NCBI GenBank assembly: GCA_009773355.1
Contig: WRPG01000002.1
Coordinates: 138,805-202,804 of the forward strand
Direction: 5' to 3'
Length of the DNA stretch: 64,000 nucleotides
Origin: Limisphaerales bacterium
GTDB taxonomy: Bacteria > Verrucomicrobiota > Verrucomicrobiia > Limisphaerales > SXTU01
The position numbers and the translations under genes were made by a program. The first letter of the stretch is position 1. Each line of letters opens with the position of its first letter. The notes below the pieces were generated by a model, which saw only the letters and a program-made list of their open reading frames with translations, did not search any database and was not told the origin of the DNA. Below, one piece after another: positions 27,906 through 37,121 of this stretch.

Positions 27906-29452
27906 TCGAACCGCGCGCGTTTCTCGACCTCCGCCAGCTTCTTGAGCACGGCGTCCGGGGCCACCGGGTTGTTGCCATCGTGTTCGCAGGCCACGGCCGC
28001 GGCGATGGAGCCGAGGATGCTCGCGACCACGTTCGAGCCGGTGACCTTGAGCGACAGCGTGGCATAGGCCAGCAGCGCGTCGCCGGCACCCACCGCGTCC
28101 ACGACGTTCCCGGCGAAGCTGTCCACCGTGAAGAACGAGCGCACGTTCGGATCGGGCGAGCGGTAGGTGATGAGTCCGCGCTCGCCGAGCTTGAGGATGA
28201 GCGTCTTGCAGCGCGCCTTCTTGTAGAGGTCCAGCGCGAGCGGGCGCACGGTGGAGTCCTGGTCGCCGAGGGCGAAGCGCGCCTCGCGCTCGTTCGGCGT
28301 GATGAGGTCGAAATCCTGGAACTCGAGGATGTTGCCCCAGCGGTTGGCGACCTGGCTGTCCGCCACGCGCATCACGCCGGCGGGCACGGCGGCGGTGAGC
28401 GGCGGGATGGTGTGCTTGTTGAACAGGCCGTGCCGGAAATCGCTGAAGACCGCGACATGCACGGGATGCGCGGCGAGCTGCGCCTTGAGCTTTTCGAGAA
28501 TCTTGTCGGAGATCGGGCGGTTATCGAGCTTGTCCACCTTCAACATCCGGTAGCCGTTGGTGATGAAGGCGTTTTTGTGCGTCGTCGGCCGCGTCGGGTC
28601 CACCACCGCTTCGACCGTGATGCCGGCGGACTTGAGATCGTCCACCACGAAGTCCTTGAGCGCGTCGTTGCCCAGCATGGTGGAGAAGACCACTTCCCCG
28701 CCCGCCGCGCGCATGTGCTTGGCCACCACCGCCGCGCCGCCGGAGAAATCCACCGCGCGCTCATATTTCACGCTAAAGGTCGGCGTCTTGGCCGTGCCGC
28801 CGATGAGCGTGCAATAGGTGTAGCCGTCCACGATGGTGTCGCCGATCACATGCACGCGCACGCCGCGCATCTTGTCGAGCGCGGTTCGCAGGTCCGCGAA
28901 GCCCAGGCCCTCGGATTCGAGGAGTGCGTGCAGCTTGTCCACCGCGAGGTTCGGCGGCGTCAGGTCAATGATCGCCGACGAGGACATGATCAGGTCGCCC
29001 GGAGTGAAGACCACTTCGCCGCCGTAGCTTTCGAGCGTCGCGATCTCCTCCTTCGTCTTCGGGTGGACGCCCTCGGAGGAATACTCGTAGCCCTTCGCGA
29101 AGAAGTCCGGCTGGATGAACTGGAGGTTCTCGATGGGCGTGGCGTTCTCGTCCACGATCACGTAGTCCACGCATTCGAGGGCGGCGAGGTTCATCGCGCG
29201 GAGTTCCTGCGGGACGAAGGGGCGGAAGTTGGCCTTGTTGATGTGTGCGTCGGACGTAAGGCTGGCGATGAGCTTGTCCGCCTTGCTCTTGGCATACATC
29301 AGGTGCCGGATATGGCCGGGATGCACGAGGTCGAACGTGCCGTGGCACATGATGACGCTGTGCGGACGCGGACGCGGGCCGATGGCCTCGCGCAGTTGCT
29401 CGCGCGTCATGATCTTCCGACGGTAATCGGGCTGCTTGTCAGGCGGAGTCAT
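27902..29452 (-). CDS. Bifunctional cytidylyltransferase-like/PfkB sugar kinase (HldE-like, swapped domain order)
   Basis: N-terminal HGTFDLVHPGH (HxGH), C-terminal TPNEREA and DAVGAGD. Confidence 0.85.
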   Translation of the reverse strand: MTPPDKQPDYRRKIMTREQLREAIGPRPRPHSVIMCHGTFDLVHPGHIRHLMYAKSKADKLIASLTSDAHINKANFRPFVPQELRAMNLAALECVDYVIVDENATPIENLQFIQPDFFAKGYEYSSEGVHPKTKEEIATLESYGGEVVFTPGDLIMSSSAIIDLTPPNLAVDKLHALLESEGLGFADLRTALDKMRGVRVHVIGDTIVDGYTYCTLIGGTAKTPTFSVKYERAVDFSGGAAVVAKHMRAAGGEVVFSTMLGNDALKDFVVDDLKSAGITVEAVVDPTRPTTHKNAFITNGYRMLKVDKLDNRPISDKILEKLKAQLAAHPVHVAVFSDFRHGLFNKHTIPPLTAAVPAGVMRVADSQVANRWGNILEFQDFDLITPNEREARFALGDQDSTVRPLALDLYKKARCKTLILKLGERGLITYRSPDPNVRSFFTVDSFAGNVVDAVGAGDALLAYATLSLKVTGSNVVASILGSIAAAVACEHDGNNPVAPDAVLKKLAEVEKRARFE

Positions 29453-29528
29453 GCAAAGGAAATTGTCGGTCGTTGGCTGCGGACTTTAACGGGCCGCCGG
29501 GAAAAGGCGAGGCGAAGTAGGGCGAAGG

Positions 29529-30533
29529 CTACTTCTTCTCCCCGCCGAGAAACGCAAACCACGTCTTCGTCGCCTGCGCGATGGAGGCCTGATCCCACAC
29601 CGGAGCCTGCCGCCAATACTCGATGTTTGCCAGCAGGTTCGCCACGCCCTGCTCGAACGGCACGAGCTGCTTCCAGCCAAGGTCGCGCGTGATCTTCGTG
29701 ATGTCCGCCCAGGTGCTGTCCGGCTCGCCGGGGCGCTTGGGCAGGTGAATCACTGGGCCGCCGAGCAGCTCGACGATGCGGTTGACCGGCTGCGGATTGC
29801 CCGCGCCGAGATTCCAGATCTGGCCCGCCAGATCGGACTTCGCCGCGAGATAGAAGGCCCGCGCCACGTCGGTCACGTAGAGGAAGTCGCGCCGCTGCGT
29901 GCCGTCGCCGACGACGGTGAAGGGCTTGCCCGCGAGCTTCTGCGCCAGGAAGACGCCGAAGACCGCGCCGTAAGCGCCGGAAGTTTTGGAGCGCGTGCCG
30001 TAGGCGTTGAAGATGCGGATAGAGTTGACCGGCAGCTTGTAGGCGCGGCTCCAGTGCAGCACGGCCTCCTCGCCCATATATTTGCTCAACGCGTAGGGAT
30101 GCTCGCATGCGATGGGCGCGTCCTCGCGCGTGGGCACGGCGGCCAGGCCGTAGCAGGAGGAGGACGCGGCATAGACGAGCTTGCGCACCTGCGCGTGCCG
30201 GGCGCATTCGAGCACCTTGATCGTGCCCATGACGTTTGTGCTGAGATAATCCACCGGCCGCTCGATGGACGGCACGATGTCGCCGATGCCGCCGAAGTGG
30301 ATCACGTAGCTCGCGCCTGCGAAGAGTGGATCGTTGGCAGCGAGGTCGCGGATGTCGCGGACTTCGACGACGAGGTCGGGGTTGTCCTTGTGCTGCTGGA
30401 GGTTTTCGAGCCGGCCGCCGACGAGGTTGTCAATGACATGGACGCGGTGTCCCTCGGCGAGGAGCAAGTCCACCATGTGGCTGCCGATAAAGCCGGCGCC
30501 ACCAGTGACAACGGCGATGGGTTTGGCGGGCAT
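29529..30533 (-). CDS. NAD-dependent epimerase/dehydratase (SDR)
   Basis: VTGGAGFIGSH, ASSSCYG, YALSK, GDGTQRRDF. Confidence 0.9.
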   Translation of the reverse strand: MPAKPIAVVTGGAGFIGSHMVDLLLAEGHRVHVIDNLVGGRLENLQQHKDNPDLVVEVRDIRDLAANDPLFAGASYVIHFGGIGDIVPSIERPVDYLSTNVMGTIKVLECARHAQVRKLVYAASSSCYGLAAVPTREDAPIACEHPYALSKYMGEEAVLHWSRAYKLPVNSIRIFNAYGTRSKTSGAYGAVFGVFLAQKLAGKPFTVVGDGTQRRDFLYVTDVARAFYLAAKSDLAGQIWNLGAGNPQPVNRIVELLGGPVIHLPKRPGEPDSTWADITKITRDLGWKQLVPFEQGVANLLANIEYWRQAPVWDQASIAQATKTWFAFLGGEKK

Positions 30534-30540
30534 CGAACGG

Positions 30541-30578
30541 GGAAGATTGGGATTTGGGTTGTGGTTAGGATTAGGTGG
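30541..30578. repeat. Hexamer array (GATTRG-like), one flank of the oxidase insert
   Basis: ggaagattgggatttgggttgtggttaggattagg; inverse motif atcctaatccc at ~32357-32367. Confidence 0.55.
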
Positions 30579-30817
30579 CAGCTGCCGGAGCCTGGCCTCA
30601 GTCGCAATTGAAAAACCTGCCGTGGGAGCCCAGCATGGTGTCGCAGTGGCCTTTCGTCGAGCGGACACTCCGGTGGCTGATTGTGTCAGCGCGGTCCGAC
30701 TGGCGCCTCCCGGCCGTAGCGGGTGCGGCGATGCCTGGTGACAGCGCCATCAGCGCGGGAAGCTTCTCTGTCATCGTGTTCCTTTCGACATTGCTGGTGT
30801 CGCGCGAATCTGTCACT

Positions 30818-32257
30818 TCATCGGCGTAGAGCTGCCGGAGGTTCCACGTTGAAGTTGAGCATCATCCCGGCATCTTCGTGCTCCAAGTTGTGGCAGTGCT
30901 TGATGAACCGTCCCGCATGGGCGTCGAAGCGGACCAGGACGGCGACCGTTTCGTTTGGGTTCACGAGCACCGTGTCTTTCCAGCCGCCATCCGTCGGTGT
31001 CAGCATCCCAGTGCTCCGGCTGAGGACTTGAAACAGGGTTCCGTGCGGGTGCATCGGGTGGGGCAGCATGCTTCGGTTCTTGAACTCCCATCGCTCCAGC
31101 TGATTCCAAGGGACCGTGAAGTTTGTGACTTCCATCTTGAACTGCGCCCCGTTGATGAAGTGGGCCATGCGCTCCATGGTGATGTCGAACGTGCGGGTGC
31201 GGGCGGCCTTGCTCTCGTTGTAGGCCAGAATACTCGACAGCTTCCTCGGCACTTTGCCGGGGACGGTGTTGGGCTTGTCCACGTAAAACCTCATCACATC
31301 GAGCGAACTCCCTTGGCTCGGCCCCATGCCCATTCCCATCATGCCCATGCCTCCCCCCATTCTCATCCCGCCTGGCTCGAATGGCACGCTCCGCAGGGTC
31401 AAGCCGGTCCCGACGGCATCGCGGGTGAAATCCACCACCACATCCGCCCGCTCGCCCGGAGCGAGGGTCAGGTAGGTGACGGCTACCGGTGCCGCCAGGA
31501 GTCCGCCGTCTGTGCCGATGACTTGAAAGCTGCGGCCGTCATCGAATCCGAGTTTCAATATTCGCGCGTTGGAGCCATTCACCCAGCGCAGGCGATAGCT
31601 GGACCTGTCCACGGACATCCAGACATCAGGCGTGCCGTTCACAAGAGCCGCGTCGCCCAGGAAGCCCATCATCATGTCCATCATGTTTGGGTTGTAGGTC
31701 AGTTCGCGGCGGGGATTAAGCCGCTTGTCGGCGATGAGCATGGGGATGTCGTGTGAGCCTCTCGGCAGGCCGAGCGCGCCTTCCTCCGGGTCCTCCACAA
31801 TGAACAGGCCTGCCAGCCCGCGGTAAACTTGCTTGGCGGTCAGTCCGTCAGTGTGCGCGTGGTAGAAATAGGTTCCTGCCCGGTTAAGGATGGGAAAACT
31901 CACCCGGTAGCCCTGGCCCGGAGGGACGGCACTTTGCGGAAGCCCGTCCATGGCGGAGGGCGCAAGGATGCCGTGCCAGTGCAAGACCAACGGTTCATTG
32001 AGCTTGTTGCTGACGCTGGCCGAGAAAGTGTCACCGCGCCGCACCCGGATCGTCGGGGCGGGCAGGGAGTTGTTCACCATCAGCACGGACGCCGGAAAGC
32101 CCGGCCAGACCGCGATGGTGCCATTCGCCGCCGTGAGGGTAGTCCCGTTGGTGAACTCTGGCGTTGGCCGCAGTTCATTGCCGGGGTGCGTCGCCGCGCG
32201 GCTGGCGGGCACAAACAACACGAGCCCGGCCAGAATCCAGTTTGAAATCGAGTTCAT
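30818..32257 (-). CDS. Multicopper oxidase (CueO/laccase-like) with Met-rich loop
   Basis: HWHG, YHAH, HPMHPHG, HCHNLEHEDAGMM copper ligands; signal peptide; GGMRMGGGMGMMGMGMG. Confidence 0.92.
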   Translation of the reverse strand: MNSISNWILAGLVLFVPASRAATHPGNELRPTPEFTNGTTLTAANGTIAVWPGFPASVLMVNNSLPAPTIRVRRGDTFSASVSNKLNEPLVLHWHGILAPSAMDGLPQSAVPPGQGYRVSFPILNRAGTYFYHAHTDGLTAKQVYRGLAGLFIVEDPEEGALGLPRGSHDIPMLIADKRLNPRRELTYNPNMMDMMMGFLGDAALVNGTPDVWMSVDRSSYRLRWVNGSNARILKLGFDDGRSFQVIGTDGGLLAAPVAVTYLTLAPGERADVVVDFTRDAVGTGLTLRSVPFEPGGMRMGGGMGMMGMGMGPSQGSSLDVMRFYVDKPNTVPGKVPRKLSSILAYNESKAARTRTFDITMERMAHFINGAQFKMEVTNFTVPWNQLERWEFKNRSMLPHPMHPHGTLFQVLSRSTGMLTPTDGGWKDTVLVNPNETVAVLVRFDAHAGRFIKHCHNLEHEDAGMMLNFNVEPPAALRR

Positions 32258-32368
32258 TCAGGCTGGTTTCCGACTTATGCGGCATGGACAACCGAGACTC
32301 ACGGCGAGAAACTGGGACCGGAAGGGGCGTTGAGCTTGATGTCGGACTTTCACTTGATCCTAATCCCG

Positions 32369-33373
32369 CTACTTCAGCCCCAGCTTCTTCACGCTCTTCA
32401 CGTTCACGAACGCCTCGTCGGTGATCGTGTTGGTCGGGAACTTCCCGGCTTTGAACGCGCGGCACAGGTCGCGCACGGCGTCCTCGATGGTGCGCTTGGG
32501 CCGCCAGCCGAGCACCTGTTCGATCTTGCGCGAGGTGATCCGGTAGGAGCGCGGGTCGTTCGTGGTCGTGCGTTCGATGCGGATGGGCGGGCGCTCGGGG
32601 AACTCCTCGCCGACGATCTGCTTCGTGATCTCGGCCAACTCGTTGACGGTCTGGTTTTGATAGCCCGCGTTGAAGGTCTGCCCGGCGAGCTTCTCCTTGG
32701 GCATCGTGAGCGCCTCGGCGTAGAGGTCCGTCACGTCCTCGATGTGGATGTTCGGCCGCTGCTGGTCGCCGCCGAAGACGGTGATGACGCCTTTGTGATA
32801 GGCGTGGTTGGTCAGGATGTTCACCGTCAGGTCGAAGCGCATCCGGGGCGAGTAGCCGCAGACGGTCGCCGGGCGGAAGGTGACCACGGTCATCTGCGGC
32901 GACTGATACTTGAAGGCGATGGGTTCGCAGAGGCCCTTGTATTTGTTGTAGTCGGTCAGCGGGACAAGCGGGTGCTCCTCGGTGACTTCCGGCGAATCGC
33001 TCACGCCATAGACGGAGCTGGACGAGACGTTGATGAACCGCTCGACCGTGCCCGCCGCAGCCGTGGCCTGCATGAGCGGCTCGAAGCACTCGTAGTTCAT
33101 CGTCCGGCTCAACGACGGGTCGAGGTCGAAGCTCGGGTCGTTCGAGATGCACGCCATGTGGATGACGGCGTCGCAGCCACGCAGCGCCCCGGCGTATTTT
33201 TTGGTGTCGCGGATGTCGCCCTCGATGACCGTAAGCCGCGGGTGCGGCGTCAGCCCGGCCGAGCCAAAGAGCATCAAATCATAGACGACCACCTCGCAGC
33301 CCATGGCGAGGAGCTTGGGGACGAGGATGCAGCCTTTGTAGCCGGCGCCGCCGGTGACGAGAACACGTTTCAC
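32369..33373 (-). CDS. NAD-dependent epimerase/dehydratase (SDR)
   Basis: VTGGAGYKG, SSSSVYG, YNKYK, RPATVCGYSPRMRFDL. Confidence 0.9.
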   Translation of the reverse strand: MKRVLVTGGAGYKGCILVPKLLAMGCEVVVYDLMLFGSAGLTPHPRLTVIEGDIRDTKKYAGALRGCDAVIHMACISNDPSFDLDPSLSRTMNYECFEPLMQATAAAGTVERFINVSSSSVYGVSDSPEVTEEHPLVPLTDYNKYKGLCEPIAFKYQSPQMTVVTFRPATVCGYSPRMRFDLTVNILTNHAYHKGVITVFGGDQQRPNIHIEDVTDLYAEALTMPKEKLAGQTFNAGYQNQTVNELAEITKQIVGEEFPERPPIRIERTTTNDPRSYRITSRKIEQVLGWRPKRTIEDAVRDLCRAFKAGKFPTNTITDEAFVNVKSVKKLGLK

Positions 33374-33423
33374 AAGTGGGCAGAGGGTAGGAATGAAGTT
33401 TGGACTGTCGAGCGAAAATCAGG

Positions 33424-33494
33424 CCGTAGCCGCCGACGTGAGGAGGCGGACTCCGTAGCCAGCCGAATCCGCCTCCTCACGTCGGCGGCTACGG
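33424..33494. repeat. GTAG-type REP doublet
   Basis: Perfect 27-bp inverted repeat ccgtagccgccgacgtgaggaggcgga / tccgcctcctcacgtcggcggctacgg. Confidence 0.88.
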
Positions 33495-33513
33495 GGGATG
33501 GGCGGGAGGTTCA

Positions 33514-34239
33514 TCACGCCGTCGCGATGCGGAAGCCGGCGGCCTGCGCGTCGTTGTAGAACATCTTCACGGTGTCGAGCGAGTATTCGGAGAGGTCTTT
33601 GCCCACGAGGTTCAGCTTGCCGAGGATGTCGTGCGTCACCGTGATCACGTGGCAGCCGATGCTGTCCGCGTGGAAGATGTTCAGCAGCTCGCGCGGGCTG
33701 GCCCAGATGAGTTCGGCCTTGGGATTCGGCGCGAGCAGGCGCACCGCTTCGGCCATCTGCGGCAACGGGTCATGGCCCGTGTCCGCGACGCGCCCGGCGA
33801 ACACCGAGACGTAGCTCGCCACGTTGGGCGAGAGGCACGCGACCACGTCGCGCACCTGGTCGTTGGTCATGAGCGCGGTGACGTTGAGCTGCACGCCGGC
33901 CTGCGCGAGGCGGCGGATGAGCGGCCCGGCGAACTCGCGCTTCGTGTTCGTCACGGGAATCTTCACATAAACATTCGCGCCCCACGACGCGATCTCGCGC
34001 GCCTGCTGCTCCATCTCGGCGAAGTCGTCCGAGAACACCTCGAAGGACACCGGCGCGTTGCCGATGATCTTGAGCACCTCGTGCGAGAAGGCCTTGTAGT
34101 CCGTCACGCCAGCTTTGCGCATCAGCGTCGGGTTGGTGGTGAAGCCCTTGATGAGCGGGTTCGCCGCCAGGGTCGCAATGCCTTTGAGGTCCGCGCCATC
34201 GGCGAAGACCTTCACTTTGAGTTCGCTGGTTTGCTTCAT
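33514..34239 (-). CDS. Transaldolase (short TalC/FSA type), glycan-cluster associated
   Basis: FADGA, GFTTNPTL, Schiff-base Lys in VYVKIP, NVTA, SVFAGR, WASPR. Confidence 0.9.
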   Translation of the reverse strand: MKQTSELKVKVFADGADLKGIATLAANPLIKGFTTNPTLMRKAGVTDYKAFSHEVLKIIGNAPVSFEVFSDDFAEMEQQAREIASWGANVYVKIPVTNTKREFAGPLIRRLAQAGVQLNVTALMTNDQVRDVVACLSPNVASYVSVFAGRVADTGHDPLPQMAEAVRLLAPNPKAELIWASPRELLNIFHADSIGCHVITVTHDILGKLNLVGKDLSEYSLDTVKMFYNDAQAAGFRIATA

Positions 34240-34268
34240 AGTTGTTTCCGGGCGGACGATAGCGCGAT

Positions 34269-34790
34269 TCACTGGCCGAGGATAATCCGCACTGCCTCGG
34301 GTAAATTCCTGACGGTGAAGTCCGGCGCGTCGCGCAGCACCTCGGCATAGCCGTAATCCACGAAAATCGTCCGGCAACCGGCGGCCTTGCCCGCCGACAC
34401 ATCCCGCCAGCGGTCGCCGACCATGAACGACTCGGCGAGGGACAAGCCCAGTTCGCGCGCGGCGTTGGTGAGCAGGCCCGGCTTGGGCTTGCGGCAATCG
34501 CAAGCGTCGGCATCCACATGGCGGCAGACGCGGATGTCGTCCAGCGGCAGCTCGCGGCGCAGACGCTCGTGCATGGCGTCGAGCACGGCTCGGTCGAGCT
34601 TCCCCGTCGCCACGTCGGGCTGGTTCGTCACCACGACCAGCCGCCAGCCTGCGGACTTCAGCTCGCGCGTCGCCTCGATCACGCCGGGCAGCAACTCCAA
34701 ATCCTCCAGCCGGCGCGGGGCGAAAGGCTTGCCGTCGCGCGTCTCCGACCGCGTCAGCACGCCGTCGCGGTCGAGAAAGACGGCACGCAT
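34269..34790 (-). CDS. HAD-IIIA sugar-bisphosphate phosphatase (GmhB-like)
   Basis: FLDRDGV, VTNQ, CRH...CDCRKPKPG, MVGDRWRD. Confidence 0.88.
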   Translation of the reverse strand: MRAVFLDRDGVLTRSETRDGKPFAPRRLEDLELLPGVIEATRELKSAGWRLVVVTNQPDVATGKLDRAVLDAMHERLRRELPLDDIRVCRHVDADACDCRKPKPGLLTNAARELGLSLAESFMVGDRWRDVSAGKAAGCRTIFVDYGYAEVLRDAPDFTVRNLPEAVRIILGQ

Positions 34791-34813
34791 CACTCAGCGG
34801 GGGAAAGGGCGGA

Positions 34814-35046
34814 AACCACGAATGGACACGAAGGAACACGAACGCTGAAAACTCTGGAGGCTGCGCCTGCACCAGCGATGGTAGGGCGCGCTGTCCTCAG
34901 CGCGCCGCCGAAATCTTGTGGCGTGCGGGTCCTCGCGGCGGGGTGAGGACACCCCGCCCTACCATCGCCGGCCCCGGAGCGCGCTCCGGGAAAATGCACG
35001 GGCTGACTTCCTCCCCATTCGTGTCTCTTCGTGTCCATTCGTGGTT
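34814..35046. repeat. Composite element: CACGAA 10-mer inverted arms enclosing a GTAG-type REP doublet
   Basis: Outer arms 34814-34842 / 35018-35046 (27/29 complementary); inner gcgatggtagggcg...cgccctaccatcgc at 34875-34968. Confidence 0.82.
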
Positions 35047-35058
35047 AAATCAGCCAGC

Positions 35059-35667
35059 TCAGGCTTTTTTGGCTTCGAGGCCTTCCCACTTGTTGGCCTG
35101 CATCAGCACCGCCGGGTGCGTGACCAGGCAATGCCAGATCACTGCCTGAAACGCCTCCGCGTGCGGTGTGATTGCGTTCGCGTCCACCGTCGGCACCACC
35201 ACCACGACATCGCCCGCCTTCTTCGTGTAGCCGCCGTCGCGGCCCACGATACCGAACACCTTCAGCCCGCGCTTCTTCGCCTCGTCCACCGCGCGGACGA
35301 GGTTCGGGCTGACGTTGCGCACCGCGTCCCCGCCGCCGACTGAGAAAATCATGATCGCGTCGCGCTCGTTGGCGCGGCTGACCTTGAGCCAGCCCTCGAA
35401 GACCGTGGGCCAGCCCTCGTCGTTCGTGCGCGCGGTCAGCTCGGCCACGTTGTCGCACGGGCTGTAGGCTTCGATGCCGCCGAGCTTGCGGAAATCATTC
35501 ACCGCATGGCTGCAGTTGGCCGCGCTGCCGCCGACGCCGAGGAGGAAGAGCCGTCCGCCGCGCTCGCGCAGGGCCGCGAGTTCGAGCGCCAACCGGTCAA
35601 TCTGGGCCGCGTCCAGCGCGGCGGCGATCTGCCGGACCTGGTCGAGATACGTTTGCGCGTGCGTCAT
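35059..35667 (-). CDS. SIS-domain phosphosugar isomerase (GmhA-like)
   Basis: GVGGSAANCSH, TARTND, SVGGG, GRDGG, HAEAFQ. Confidence 0.85.
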   Translation of the reverse strand: MTHAQTYLDQVRQIAAALDAAQIDRLALELAALRERGGRLFLLGVGGSAANCSHAVNDFRKLGGIEAYSPCDNVAELTARTNDEGWPTVFEGWLKVSRANERDAIMIFSVGGGDAVRNVSPNLVRAVDEAKKRGLKVFGIVGRDGGYTKKAGDVVVVVPTVDANAITPHAEAFQAVIWHCLVTHPAVLMQANKWEGLEAKKA

Positions 35668-35806
35668 GCGCCCTTGTCGTAGCAGGAGCCGGTTGATTTG
35701 AAAACTACGGTGTTCATCGGAGCGCCGATCCGTCGCAATGGAACTGTCGGCGGCGGCGTCCATCCCTGTGTATGCACCGGTTTCAAGAGTCTCAACCAGG
35801 CAGGAC

Positions 35807-37072
35807 GTGAACGCGCTCACCCGCCGCACCTTCCTTCGCGCCGCCGGCGTCTCGCTCGCGTTGCCGATGCTGGAATCGCTCCAGCCGCGCGCCTTCGCTG
35901 CCGGCAAGTCTGCACCGATTCGCCGGATGCTCTTCATTTGCACGCCGCTAGGGGTGCATCCCGCGAACTTCTTTCCGACTGAGGCGGGCCGCGATTACGC
36001 GCTCTCGCCGTATCTGGAGGTGCTCAAGGATTTCCGCAACGACTTCACCGTGATGTCCGGCCTCGCGCATCCCGAGGTCGGGTCGAGCCACGATTCCATC
36101 TTCAGTTTCCTCACCGGCGCACCGCATCCGGAGATTCGCGCGGGCTTCCGCAACAGCATTTCCGTGGACCAGTTCGCCGCCGAGCGCATCGGCGGGCAGA
36201 CGCGTTTTCCCAGCCTGTCGCTCTCGGCGGAGGGCTTTGGGCTTTCGTGGACGCGCAGCGGCGCGCTCGTGCCGCCGGACTTGTATCCGGCGAATGTCTT
36301 CGCCCGCCTCTTCCTCGAAGGCCGGCCCGACGAGGTGCAGGCGCAGGCGCGGCGGTTGCGCGACGGCCAGAGCATCCTCGACACCGTGCGCGAGCAGGCC
36401 CGGCGCTTGCAGCCGTCGCTCGGCACGCGCGACCGCGAGAAGATGGACGAGTATTTCACCAGCGTCCGCGAGCTGGAGCAGCGCATGGTCACGAACGAGG
36501 AGTGGTCCAAGAAGCCCAAGCCGAAGGTGGAGGCGAAACCGCCGCAGAACGTCATGAACTCCGCCGACCTCATCGGCAAAAACCGGAGCATGTTCGACCT
36601 CATCCACCTCGCGTTGCAGACCGACTCCACGCGGCTCATCTCGATGCTCCTCCTCGGCACCAGCCTCGTGCCGCCGATTCCAGGTGTCTCGCAGGGCCAC
36701 CACGACCTCTCGCACCACGGCCAAGACCCGGTGAAGCTCGCGCAGCTCAAGACACTGGAAGTCGAGAAGATGAAGACGCTCGTCGAACTGCTCACGAAGC
36801 TGAAGCAGAGCGAGGAACAGGGCGAAAGCCTTCTGAACCGGACCATGGTTTTCTTCAGCAGCAACCTCGGCAACGCGAGCAACCACTCCACGCGCAACCT
36901 CCCCGTTCTCCTCGCAGGCGGCGGCTTCAAGCACGGCCAGCACCTCGCCTTCGACCCGAAGTCCCCGCCGCCGCTCTGCAACCTCTACGTCTCCATGCTC
37001 CAGCGCATGGGCATCGAGGCGGAGAAGTTCAGCTCCGGCACCGGGCCGTTGAAGGGGTTGGACATGGTCTGA
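35807..37072 (+). CDS. DUF1552 domain protein (Tat signal)
   Basis: TRRTFLRAAG, SISVDQ, HHDLSHHG, NLPVLLAGG, PLCNLYVSML. Confidence 0.85.
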   Translation: MNALTRRTFLRAAGVSLALPMLESLQPRAFAAGKSAPIRRMLFICTPLGVHPANFFPTEAGRDYALSPYLEVLKDFRNDFTVMSGLAHPEVGSSHDSIFSFLTGAPHPEIRAGFRNSISVDQFAAERIGGQTRFPSLSLSAEGFGLSWTRSGALVPPDLYPANVFARLFLEGRPDEVQAQARRLRDGQSILDTVREQARRLQPSLGTRDREKMDEYFTSVRELEQRMVTNEEWSKKPKPKVEAKPPQNVMNSADLIGKNRSMFDLIHLALQTDSTRLISMLLLGTSLVPPIPGVSQGHHDLSHHGQDPVKLAQLKTLEVEKMKTLVELLTKLKQSEEQGESLLNRTMVFFSSNLGNASNHSTRNLPVLLAGGGFKHGQHLAFDPKSPPPLCNLYVSMLQRMGIEAEKFSSGTGPLKGLDMV

Positions 37073-37121
37073 TGTGGGCGTTGCGTCCGCCCGTCATTGC
37101 CGCCAGCATTGACACAGACTA

